From an uncultured Myxococcales bacterium (lineage in GTDB: Bacteria; Myxococcota_A; Polyangia; Palsa-1104; JAEUJZ01), in contig CALMML010000441.1 of NCBI GenBank assembly GCA_937868485.1, positions 1-61,840 on the forward strand: DNA of 61,840 nt, written 5' to 3'. Of the stretch, positions 10,501-16,626 are shown piece after piece. A model generated the notes under the pieces. The model was not told the origin of the DNA and made no database searches. It saw only the letters and a program-made list of their open reading frames with translations. Every line of letters starts with the position of its first letter. Positions within the stretch are counted from its first letter, which is position 1. The position numbers were made by a program, and so were the translations under genes.

Positions 10501-13086
10501 CGCCAGCGGCTTGGCCGACAGCTTCTGCTCGGCCAGCTCCGCGATCTTGTGCATGTGCTGGATCTTTTCCGCGTCGCTCTGCGCGTGTCCCAGCAGCACT
10601 TCGTACATCGCCAGCAGCCGAGGCCACTTCTCCGTCGCCTGATAAATCGGAAGCAGTGCCGTCGCTGCCGCCAGATGCTGCGGCTCAACAACCAGCACCC
10701 GCTCAAACGCTTTTTGCGCCTTGTCCTGGCTCGCCAGCTGCGACTTGGCCACCCGCGCCGATCGCAGATACAGGTCAATTCGCGTCGCTGACTGCTCCGC
10801 ACGCTCGGCCAGCGCCAGCAGCACTTCGTACAGCTCGTCCCACTGCGCCTGCTGACCGTACAGCCGCTCCAGCTCGTCGTACTGACCGGCCTGACCGTAC
10901 AGCTCGCGCAGCGTTCGCATCGCCTTCTGATGCGTCGGCTGAAGTCGCACGATCTCGCGATAGACATCCACCGCCGGAGCCGCCGCCAGCAGCTTTTCCG
11001 CCAGCAGCGTGCCGATCTTTTCGAGCAGCGCCACCTGCGTCTTCACATCTTTGCTGCGCGACTTCTGACGGAGCAGCACCTCGATGAGCGCCACAAAGCG
11101 CTTTTCTTTTTCGTACAGGCTCGCCAGCGCCGACAGCGCACCTTCGTCGTTTTCGTCGATCTCCAGCAGCCGGTTCCAGATCCCGATCGCTTCGATGCTG
11201 TCGCCCAGACGATCCTGCGCCAGCTTCGCCAGCTCCGTCAGACGCGTCCGACGCTCTTTGAGCCACGCCTCGCTGCTCGGCAGCCGCTCGGGATGCGCTT
11301 CCAGCACATCGAGCTGACGACGTTCCAGGTCCAGCAGCGACCGCCACGACCGACGCTTGTTGTAGATGTCGCGCAGCCGCGTCACCGTCTCTGCATCGTC
11401 GGGATCGATCGCGTACAGGTCTTCCAGCGGCTTGACCGCCTGGTTGTGGTTCGAAAACTTGTCGATCCACAGCTGCGCCACTCGCTTGAGCAGCCGCGCC
11501 TGTTCCGCCCGCGACTCCGGCGACTTCGCCAGCAGATCCGCCTTGCGCTGCAGCACGCCGATCAGGTCGTTCCAGCGCGCCATCGCCTCGTACTTCTGGC
11601 CCAGCGCGTCGAGCGCCCCCAGATGCTCCGGCTTGAGCGCCAAGATCGCCGTGTAGGTGTTGATCACCATCGCGTCGAGCTTCAGACGATCGCGATAGAT
11701 CGCCACCACTTCCAGCAACCGCTCGATCCGCTGATCAAGCTGCGCCGGATCGTCCTTCGACAGCGACTCCGCCTGCTCCTTGAGCATCTCCAGCAGCGCG
11801 TTCCACTTTTCCGTCCGCGTATACAGCCGCTTGAGCGCCGCGCCCGCCTCGCCATGACCCGGCGACAGCTTCAGCACCGACTTCCAGATGTCGATCGCTT
11901 TGTCGAGCCCGCCCGGCGACGACTCTGCCACCTGCGCCATCTCGATACCGAGCGCCAGCCGTCGGCCCGCGTCGTTTTCGACCTTCTGCGCCTGCGTCAG
12001 CACCGCCAGCAGCTTGCTCGAGTCATCCGCCGTCGGCTTGCCCGTGCCTTTGCCGTCGTAGTACGAGCGATAAAAGTCCAGCATCTCAGGCTGCGCCGGA
12101 TCGACCTTGCGCACCCGCTGGTAGTACTCGCTCGCCTGCTCGTAGTTCTTCAGCTTGTGGAAATACAGCCGACCGATCTCGAGCACCGTCGGAAGCTCGC
12201 TCTCGGTACGCTGACGGACCTTCAGCGCCTGCTCATACAGCTTGATGAGCGACGAAAAGTCCTGCTTTTCCGTGTACAGCGACACCAGCGCCGACAGCGC
12301 CCGTCCGTTCGCCGGATCGATCTGCAGCGCCTTCTTGTGCGAATCCACCGCCGCGTCGTGGTTCTTGAGCTGCTTGCCGTACAGATCGGCCAAGCTCAGC
12401 AGCGCCAGCACGCGATCTTCCTTCGTCGCTGCGCTCTCCGATCGCTGCTCCAGCGTCTTGATAAGCTCCGGCCACTTCTTCTGCGCCCGGAACAAACGCT
12501 CAAGGTGCAGCGACGCACGACGATTGCGCGGCTCGACCGACAGCGCCTTGTACCAGTAGCTCTCGGCGTCGCCCGTCTGAGCGCTGTACTTTCCGTAGTA
12601 CTCACCGATGCGCGTATACAGGTCGGTGGTCAGCTGTCGCTCCGTCGAGCGCTTGGCTTCATCAAGCCACTTCTGAACCACCTTCTGCCAGTTCCCCTTC
12701 ACCGCCGAGAGCTGCTCCAGCGCATCTTGCGCCGACTCGCTCTCTGCATCCGCCGCCAGCGCTGCTTGATACGCAGCTTCTGCCTGACTTTCCGACAAGA
12801 GCTCGTCGCAGCAAACCCGGCCCTTTTCAACCAGGAGCTCCGCTCGCTCACTGGCCACCGTCACCAGGCCGGAATCGAGGAGAACGTCACACAGAGCGAG
12901 CCACAGCTCTGCATCGCCGCGCTCGCGATAACGCTTCTGGGCCTCGCGCACCGCCGTCTTGGCCTGCGCTGCCGCTTCACTCGAAGACTGGGCCGCAACC
13001 TTCGCTACCGCCACAAGCCGCTCTCGGGCTTGAGCCTGCGTCGGGTCGCTATCCAAGGTCGCGAGTGCCTGCACGATATCTGTCAT
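1588..13086 (-). CDS. Giant TPR-repeat protein (about 3830 aa), AgmK/GltI-like in size and architecture
   Basis: Uninterrupted ORF made of helical repeats (A..AYR.VL..DP....AL.AL.RLY); no signal peptide; start placed at MTDIVQ, 35 nt below a sigma70-like promoter. Orthology to AgmK not established. Confidence 0.9.
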   Translation of the reverse strand: MTDIVQALATLDSDPTQAQARERLVAVAKVAAQSSSEAAAQAKTAVREAQKRYRERGDAELWLALCDVLLDSGLVTVASERAELLVEKGRVCCDELLSESQAEAAYQAALAADAESESAQDALEQLSAVKGNWQKVVQKWLDEAKRSTERQLTTDLYTRIGEYYGKYSAQTGDAESYWYKALSVEPRNRRASLHLERLFRAQKKWPELIKTLEQRSESAATKEDRVLALLSLADLYGKQLKNHDAAVDSHKKALQIDPANGRALSALVSLYTEKQDFSSLIKLYEQALKVRQRTESELPTVLEIGRLYFHKLKNYEQASEYYQRVRKVDPAQPEMLDFYRSYYDGKGTGKPTADDSSKLLAVLTQAQKVENDAGRRLALGIEMAQVAESSPGGLDKAIDIWKSVLKLSPGHGEAGAALKRLYTRTEKWNALLEMLKEQAESLSKDDPAQLDQRIERLLEVVAIYRDRLKLDAMVINTYTAILALKPEHLGALDALGQKYEAMARWNDLIGVLQRKADLLAKSPESRAEQARLLKRVAQLWIDKFSNHNQAVKPLEDLYAIDPDDAETVTRLRDIYNKRRSWRSLLDLERRQLDVLEAHPERLPSSEAWLKERRTRLTELAKLAQDRLGDSIEAIGIWNRLLEIDENDEGALSALASLYEKEKRFVALIEVLLRQKSRSKDVKTQVALLEKIGTLLAEKLLAAAPAVDVYREIVRLQPTHQKAMRTLRELYGQAGQYDELERLYGQQAQWDELYEVLLALAERAEQSATRIDLYLRSARVAKSQLASQDKAQKAFERVLVVEPQHLAAATALLPIYQATEKWPRLLAMYEVLLGHAQSDAEKIQHMHKIAELAEQKLSAKPLAFSWLSKAYALRESESLDSRPRQQLESELRRLAGEADTWNELVSIYARQVEKLDDGAHKLARLRLLGQWTQQKLHRLDEARGYWEQVLAKIPLDEEALTALEQIFQSQEKYPELLGIYRKRVESQADQSKRTDVLFRMASVEENKLSDRGAAAATYRRILAESASNASMATTMRALRALEKIYTQSGDSESLAEVLEAQLQHIAQSQSGSERSERDIETQIMISFQLGELYELHLDKPEKALERYRQVLQLTAGHRPTLVALERFLVPSNPVRVEVARLLVPAYERADDTRKLAAALEIVLSATVDAAEELELLRRLAGLVRKLGDVENAYKFAARLFERVPYDHDNRHELIELGETLERQEAVAELLEDAERAARRAGDNQLARDLAWDLGQLFGEQLHEIEKAEAAYIRVLESDESHEGAARALEEIYRAGERFPELRRLLERRKDLAVEPSDRKELLFQICDLDEGVLEDEEAASRDYAEILELDPSNTRAFKALERLHTAAERWRELDDLLARAVPHVDSVVDRAQLRFRRGELHAVRLDDPDGACELLEEALSEQPKHKGARRTLESLMDNYGLRQRIARTLEPLFEQDGDFAKLVAVLSVQREALPMERSPEAAALLSRIARITEEKLRKPDGALGAYREALRLDPADPQHRGNVERVATSLGRFEDLAAAWEEAFVATDSDNLALRGELLRRAAELYDHKLSDAERARDAWKRLLDLDPTSLDTARPAAVALARLYQQAEQWRDLIDVLRRQAEWSHGDERKSLLFRIGEIQQSLLDDSDAAIATYREILDGDAQEVRALDALESLHVAKEQWTDLIGILRRRVDLANDSQSRRDLLWRIAEVIEVKLGDRDEAITAYGVILSERAEDVPAIDALGRLYEAAEQHSNLLDMLERRLPLTLDVTDRVTLRLKMAGLLEGALRRNDAALEAYREVLIDDARSSIAREGLERMLDDDSLRLRAAEVLEPIYTLHGDLRALERLSELFATYLADVHERIVRLRKVAELRITLGDPRGALEALARAVRLAVAETELPELLDLVETHVDSHKAQRELVELYREVADQILDTRVQERVLLQIAKEAYALGERDVSRDYYRRVLDNVSDHLVALEALEKIYAEGRELESLLEIYARRASLAQREDRRDDGQRRQYLILAADLCERELARPSEAIALLEQVLALFPADAESATSLERLYKNSLRWADLADLLERRLKYAGSDSEVVDLRYRLGVLFEEELQSPDRAVENYRLALTVDAEHEPSIGALERFLDDADQRVTAAWVLKPIYESRGAWAKLIRTHEIHLYAADDTEKRIEFTKAIAALYEDKVSDLSQAFAWYGKVFVLQPGDGWTRDQLARLAGVLSSWQGLAELYQRYLDEQTADSEPATIDVLRTAAEIYDQRLAQVSKAQECYRRLLVVNTEDMAAFQPLEAMLLRAARWNDLYSVYRDAIRDTLDLDRKKSLLFKVSALQEERLEDPTAAIETFREILDLDSEDEQATLALDRLYTTLGRYQDLAELLIRRIERADRGGASELGKWSELKLRLAGLYEEKLDELPKAIDAYEEVLSKDEQSEPALSALERLLSSLPEREALRYRTARILDPIYRRQDAWQKLSQLLEVQLLFVEDKLRRVEILREIATIEESRGLAPQSAFQALSRAWLEEAGEGESREQPLFEELCRLAGLTSGFAQLVSILEKAVEGSYDFELVARVWARIARIYDEQLSDRSQAIDAWRKVTSVHDEDDSAWQNLERLLSAELRSSELVTVLEKRFTLVSDGKEQKRLLYAAADLHEKVLGAPEKAIATWRQVLSLDDHDGNALVALGRLYEGRDAWRDLTWVYGQQIEQADSDAVRRSLRFAMARVYEEKLGDSFEAMGAYKSALESNPSDTEALVALGRLYENESQWADHLEILDKLASLKESNDQVGERLSLWLQAARVTEEKIQESDAAIRRYEQILTFEPAGKRAQAAVLATQAEAKLALERLVQSPETRAQAAAVLEPLYRKHREWKPLIELLELSLSSAADPSERRRILSQIAELQENGRSDAASAFATWGRILSEDGSDEQAVQELERLARLGGEYGELAQIFEQRLETASDPQVQRVFALKLAGLYETHLSDETKAIERYRRVRELPGDEMEALAALDRLLLKNGALGELAEVLEREAEVADAPTEQAEFLYRLGELKTGSLYDLDGALQAFRKSLERHPQHTAARAAVERLINSPAHAVAALDLLEPLAEQERDFGKLVELLEVRVGVTQGKPERAALLERIANLAEKELSDSSRAFDAVARAFIEMPDDTRLTDEMERLARGCGRDSDAAFKLEEVLDRVTFGMKSSDSGRRMAAEMQRSLGLRAARIWERLSDDQRAETRYQTVLDLEGDNHEALAALERIYRQRGDSTLLAEMLLRRASLEETTASRKALLTEAAGLYQGPLADEFKAVEAWKKILELDETDGKALSSLAELYHRGRRFEELVSVLTAQSRLLSGNAKANILARIADLLSEELDQSAQAIEVYRELLQIQPNSLKALSALESLYARREDWTQVQEVLGRRFKAVPSTKDKIAVLRKLAQISLEKLQSVDDAVSHLQQVLELQPGDPDAQADLERLLEAGEKWYELVDVLVRHADASHKLNKLDEEISLLLRAAEIWEGKVQAPEQAKKLLERVLELDPNHVRALMSLARIYESQHDWARCKATLEKAVRLAKTSVEMAELYYRLGRMEAERQGDAAAEPYYERALQADPTNVEVAEALEKQARSRGDFRRVAALLEIRAERMQSLDVAKQKELLIELGRLYVNELKSPEGALPVLQRAYKLAPDDIQVVEPLAEIYYNAGRTKEALPLYKTLVERTAKGRRSKDLARIHFRLASIAEKEGELLKALEQYNAAYSIDAGHLPTLIALGRLYMHQSDWEKARRIYRSMLLQNLDPNSGVTRADVYLHLGEIHEKLGEGPKAVGMYERGLELDPNHAGLLLAMGRVRQS
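4816..5061. repeat. Exact 30-bp duplication inside the giant TPR gene
   Basis: TTCGTACAGCCGACCGAGTGCAACCAGCGC at 4816-4845 and 5032-5061 (216 bp apart), encoding ALVALGRLYE. Confidence 0.9.
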
Positions 13087-13127
13087 GGGTATGGGCCTTT
13101 TGCGTAGGTATCTTTTTGGACCGCACG

Positions 13128-13157
13128 ATTCTAACTCTTGCCGCGTCAATTAGACAA
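13128..13157 (-). promoter_or_regulatory. sigma70-like promoter of the giant TPR gene
   Basis: Minus strand TTGTCT(13157-13152)-18 nt-TAGAAT(13133-13128). Confidence 0.55.
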
Positions 13158-13274
13158 GAAGCTTGGCCGCTTCTACCTGCAAGGAACCAAACAGGAATTT
13201 GGCAAATCGCCATCTTTATTCATGTGTTTTTCGGACCATGGAAACATCCTGTCACCTGGCCTTTGTGTGTCTTG

Positions 13275-13291
13275 AATTGGTCTGACCAAAA
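13275..13291. promoter_or_regulatory. FadR/GntR-type operator palindrome
   Basis: AATTGGTCTGACCAAAA; perfect TTGGTC-T-GACCAA palindrome, matching the TGGTCnGACCA FadR-subfamily core. Confidence 0.55.
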
Positions 13292-13437
13292 TCGATCACT
13301 CCGTACCTTCAGCAATAACTGTGGACCGTTTCGGTAAGGTGGATCGCCCCCCAAATCGACGAAAAACGGCACCTTGGGCCGCTGCTTAAATTTTAGGCGC
13401 TGACAAGAAAGTGCCTGCAAATCAGCCAGATCCGACC

Positions 13438-13738
13438 TGTGTACACACAGTTATTCACAGGTTGTCCATGATCCGGTGTGGAGCGCTGTGGCAGCAGGTA
13501 GCGCGTGGTAGCAGAAGGTCCGCACTGGCCGACAACACGCCGCAGCTCGCGACAATGTACGAACCGCTCTCCGTTCGCTTCCACGCTACGCACAGGTGGT
13601 TATTTGCCAGACAATCGCCTGACATGAAGTCAAAACGCACAATCATCAATACGCTGTGCGCAAGTGACTTCACTGTGCATTCAACGCACGCATCAGATCT
13701 TCACTATGTGGATACTACGCAGCGACTGTGTGGGATAA
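13438..13738. other. Cluster of DnaA-box-like sequences (candidate oriC or DnaA-regulated site)
   Basis: TTATTCACA (13451-13459) and TGTGGATAC (13707-13715) are each 1 mismatch from TTATCCACA; several weaker copies flank them, in a region of about 45-47% GC by spot count. Confidence 0.35.
13477..13521 (+). repeat. 10-bp-periodic direct repeats (GTGG/GTAG), MraZ-operator-like
   Basis: GTGGAG (13478), GTGGCA (13488), GTAGCG (13498), GTAGCA (13508), partial GTCC (13518). Confidence 0.6.
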
Positions 13739-13791
13739 AGAGAGAAATACGAGGACAGGCGAGAGCGAATCGAGCCGACTACGAGGCAGTC

Positions 13792-14910
13792 TTAGGCGAG
13801 ATAGCGCGGTGTGTTGCCGAGCGAAAACCACGGACGAAGCTGAACCACCGACTGCATCGGAACCATCCGCGACGCCGGATCTTGGTTAAAAAAGTCCGAC
13901 AGCAGGCCGTATAGCTCCGGGTGATGGCTGCGCAGCCGCGTCGAGTCTTGAAAGAAGCTCTCGACGGACACCGCGAACAGCTCTGCTTCGTTCTTCAGCC
14001 CATACGGATTGAGCACCGAGTTGCCGTCCATCAGACGCTCCCGCTCGATCGCAAGCTGCTGATGCCACTCTCGCTGCACACTCGGCGGCAGCAGCACCGG
14101 CACGCCCGTCGAGCGTCCTTGCTGACCCAGAAAGTCGAGGACGTGCGCAAACTCATGCAGCCCGACGTGCGACTGCGCAAACTGCGGCTGGCTCTGGAAT
14201 AGCCCACTTCCGTGCAGCCAGCTCTGACGACGAGGAAAGCTCTGCTCGATCGCCGCAATCGCAAACAGAATCGGACCTTGCGCGTGGACCATGCCAATCG
14301 CGTGCGCGTTCTGCTCCATCGAGTACGTCTCCTCGGCAAACGAGGTCGGATAGACCACGATGTCGCGATCCGTCGGCAGCCGCCAGTCCGGTCGTCCCAG
14401 AAGCAGGATCGCCGCGCTCGCCGCAATCAGCACGCGATGCTCGTCGGTCAGCTTCACCTGCGCCGCGTCGTCGCCGTCTTCCAGCCCACCGAGCGCATAG
14501 ATCCGCTGCTCCCCCAAAAACACCGCAACTTCCCCTTCGAAGCGACGCTTTTCGTCGTCGGTCAGCTGCACGTACAGCGGCACACGCTGACGGAGCACAT
14601 CGCGAAAGGCATCGGGAAACGGCGCGGCCAGCAGCTTCTGACGCAGTCGCTCTCGACGAGCAAAGATCAGATAGTACGCGACGCCCACCATCAGCCCGAG
14701 CGGCGCGACAAACACCGGCATCCTCGGAATCGCGGCCAGCGCCACCAGCGCAGCCAGACCGACCAGCGACGACAAGATCCGATAATCTCGCAGCGCCGTG
14801 CTGCCATCCGGGGTCACCGGAAACAGCTTCGCGGACCAATCAGCCAGCCAGGATGAAGAGCGACGCTCAGACGACGATCCAGCTTCAGCGGACTTGTGCG
14901 AACTCGACAT
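13792..14910 (-). CDS. Zinc-dependent peptidase, MtfA/M90 family, with N-terminal TM helices
   Basis: HVGLHEFAHVLD (HExxH), NPYG..N.AE.FAV..E.FF, HPELY.LL..FF.QDP, all typical of MtfA. Confidence 0.88.
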   Translation of the reverse strand: MSSSHKSAEAGSSSERRSSSWLADWSAKLFPVTPDGSTALRDYRILSSLVGLAALVALAAIPRMPVFVAPLGLMVGVAYYLIFARRERLRQKLLAAPFPDAFRDVLRQRVPLYVQLTDDEKRRFEGEVAVFLGEQRIYALGGLEDGDDAAQVKLTDEHRVLIAASAAILLLGRPDWRLPTDRDIVVYPTSFAEETYSMEQNAHAIGMVHAQGPILFAIAAIEQSFPRRQSWLHGSGLFQSQPQFAQSHVGLHEFAHVLDFLGQQGRSTGVPVLLPPSVQREWHQQLAIERERLMDGNSVLNPYGLKNEAELFAVSVESFFQDSTRLRSHHPELYGLLSDFFNQDPASRMVPMQSVVQLRPWFSLGNTPRYLA

Positions 14911-15007
14911 AAGGCCAATCTAAGCGCGCCCGGAGCTTCCGCAACGGCAGGTTTATCGCCTGCGCCCAAACCCCTGTGCGGCCTACGAAATCAGCCCATG
15001 GCGCGTT

Positions 15008-16114
15008 CTAGTGCCCGCTGCGCTGATATTTGTTCACCGCCGCCTGATGCTCATCCAGCGTCACCGAGAACTGGTGCGTTCCATCGTTGCGCGACACAAA
15101 GTACAGGTACGGCGTCGTATCCGGGGCCAGCACCGCCGCGAGCGCCGCTCGACCCGGATTGCTGATCGGTGCCGGCGGTAGCCCTTCGTGCGTATAGGTG
15201 TTGTACGGGTTGTCGGGATCTTGCAGGTGAATCCGCCGAATCCGACCTTGGAACTGCTTGCAGGCTTCGCTCTTTTCGACGGGAACCGTACAGCCGTAGA
15301 TGATCGTCGGGTCCGTCTCTAACCGATGCGGCTTAAACGTCGGCAGCCGCAGACGATTCAAGAACACACCAGCAATCCGAGGCCGCTCCTCGGGACGCGC
15401 CGTCTCTTTTTCGACCAAGCTCGCCATGATGATGATCTCGCGATCACCGAACTTGTACTGACGGTTGAGCACGCGCAGACCCTCGAAGTACTGCGTCTTA
15501 AGCTCGCCGAGCACCTTCTGTGTTCGCTTCACCAGCGCCGGCAGCACCCGCGTACACGGCACACCCGGCGGAAAGCGATACGTGTCGGGATACAGATAGC
15601 CTTCGAGCGAGCCTCCGCTCAGCCCGAGCGACAGCGCATAGCTTGGATCGCGCATCAGACGCTCTGCCTCGACGGCTTTGCAGATTCCCGCCTCTTCGAG
15701 GAGCTTTGCGATCTCCAGCATGTGCTTGCCTTCGGGAATCGTCACCGGCACTTCCGGCTCCCGCGCGCCCGACAGCAGCGTATCGAGGATCTGACGAGGC
15801 GACATCCGCGCCGACAGAGAATACGCACCCGCGCGAATCTTCGACGCCACGCCGCGCTCGCTCGCGTAAAAGCGAAACCACTCCGGGTGATTGATGATGT
15901 CTTTGTCGGCGAGCAGCCGCGAGATCTCCGACAGGCTCATGCCTTTGATGATCACGATGCGCGTGTCACCTGGCCCCGACGCGGGACCGGGCCGATCGGG
16001 ATAGCGCAGTGCTTGCCACACAAAGTGACCGCCAACACCGACTGCACCACCGACGGTCAAAAAGACCACCAGTGCAGCCAGTCGCTGTCGAGCAGCCAGG
16101 GAAAGCCGACTCAT
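15008..16114 (-). CDS. mltG: Endolytic transglycosylase MltG (YceG)
   Basis: LEGYLYPDTY, IMASLVEKET, IAGVFLNRL, LETDPT, YNTY...GLPPAPISNPG, YLYFVSRNDGTHQFS; ATG overlaps the ruvX stop (ATGA) and has an SD. Confidence 0.96.
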   Translation of the reverse strand: MSRLSLAARQRLAALVVFLTVGGAVGVGGHFVWQALRYPDRPGPASGPGDTRIVIIKGMSLSEISRLLADKDIINHPEWFRFYASERGVASKIRAGAYSLSARMSPRQILDTLLSGAREPEVPVTIPEGKHMLEIAKLLEEAGICKAVEAERLMRDPSYALSLGLSGGSLEGYLYPDTYRFPPGVPCTRVLPALVKRTQKVLGELKTQYFEGLRVLNRQYKFGDREIIIMASLVEKETARPEERPRIAGVFLNRLRLPTFKPHRLETDPTIIYGCTVPVEKSEACKQFQGRIRRIHLQDPDNPYNTYTHEGLPPAPISNPGRAALAAVLAPDTTPYLYFVSRNDGTHQFSVTLDEHQAAVNKYQRSGH

Positions 16115-16548
16115 AACGGCTCCTCCGACGAAAGCTGACTCGGACGCTGCGCATCCAGCCACGCCTGCAAGATCACCGCTGCGGCCAAGCGATCCACCAC
16201 TTCCTTACGTCGCGCTCTCGACAGATCCGCTTCCAGCAGCACGCTCTCGGCTTCCACCGTCGAATAGCTCTCGTCTTGATACTCAATCGTCAGACCCGCC
16301 GCCGCGAGCGCATCACCAAGCACACGCACCCGCTTGGCGCGATGACCTTCGTTGCCCTCACAGTCATACGGAAGCCCGACGACCACTTGCGAGACACCGT
16401 GCTTTTTACAAAGCTCCATCACGGTCTCGACATCTTTGCGCGTTCCCCGTCGCATCAGCGTCTTTTGAGGATGCGCACACAACAACAGCTCATCGCTCAG
16501 CGCGACGCCGATCGTCTTACTCCCCACATCCAGCCCGAGGATCCGCAC
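16111..16548 (-). CDS. ruvX: Holliday junction resolvase-like RuvX/YqgF
   Basis: RILGLDVGSKTIGVALSD, VVVGLP, QDESYST, VDRLAAAVILQAWLD; GTG start at 16548 chosen (the frame is open to 16641). Confidence 0.95.
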   Translation of the reverse strand: MRILGLDVGSKTIGVALSDELLLCAHPQKTLMRRGTRKDVETVMELCKKHGVSQVVVGLPYDCEGNEGHRAKRVRVLGDALAAAGLTIEYQDESYSTVEAESVLLEADLSRARRKEVVDRLAAAVILQAWLDAQRPSQLSSEEPL

Positions 16549-16626
16549 GCGGCGACCATGGACAGGCTTTGCCGCTTCGTCAAGTTTCCGCACACGCTTT
16601 CGCGAGGGCTGAAGTAGAAGAGGCGC

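Noticed and set aside
1579-13107. Long plus-strand ORFs (408-876 aa) opposite the giant TPR gene, and similar ones opposite YfhO, TPR2 and gltA
   Set aside because: Antisense shadows caused by high-GC codon bias; Arg/Gln/Leu-rich, with no motifs or SD.
13411-13914. 167-aa plus-strand ORF in the structured intergenic region (tested as mraZ or a small protein)
   Set aside because: No MraZ similarity, atypical composition, and it overlaps the peptidase 3' end.
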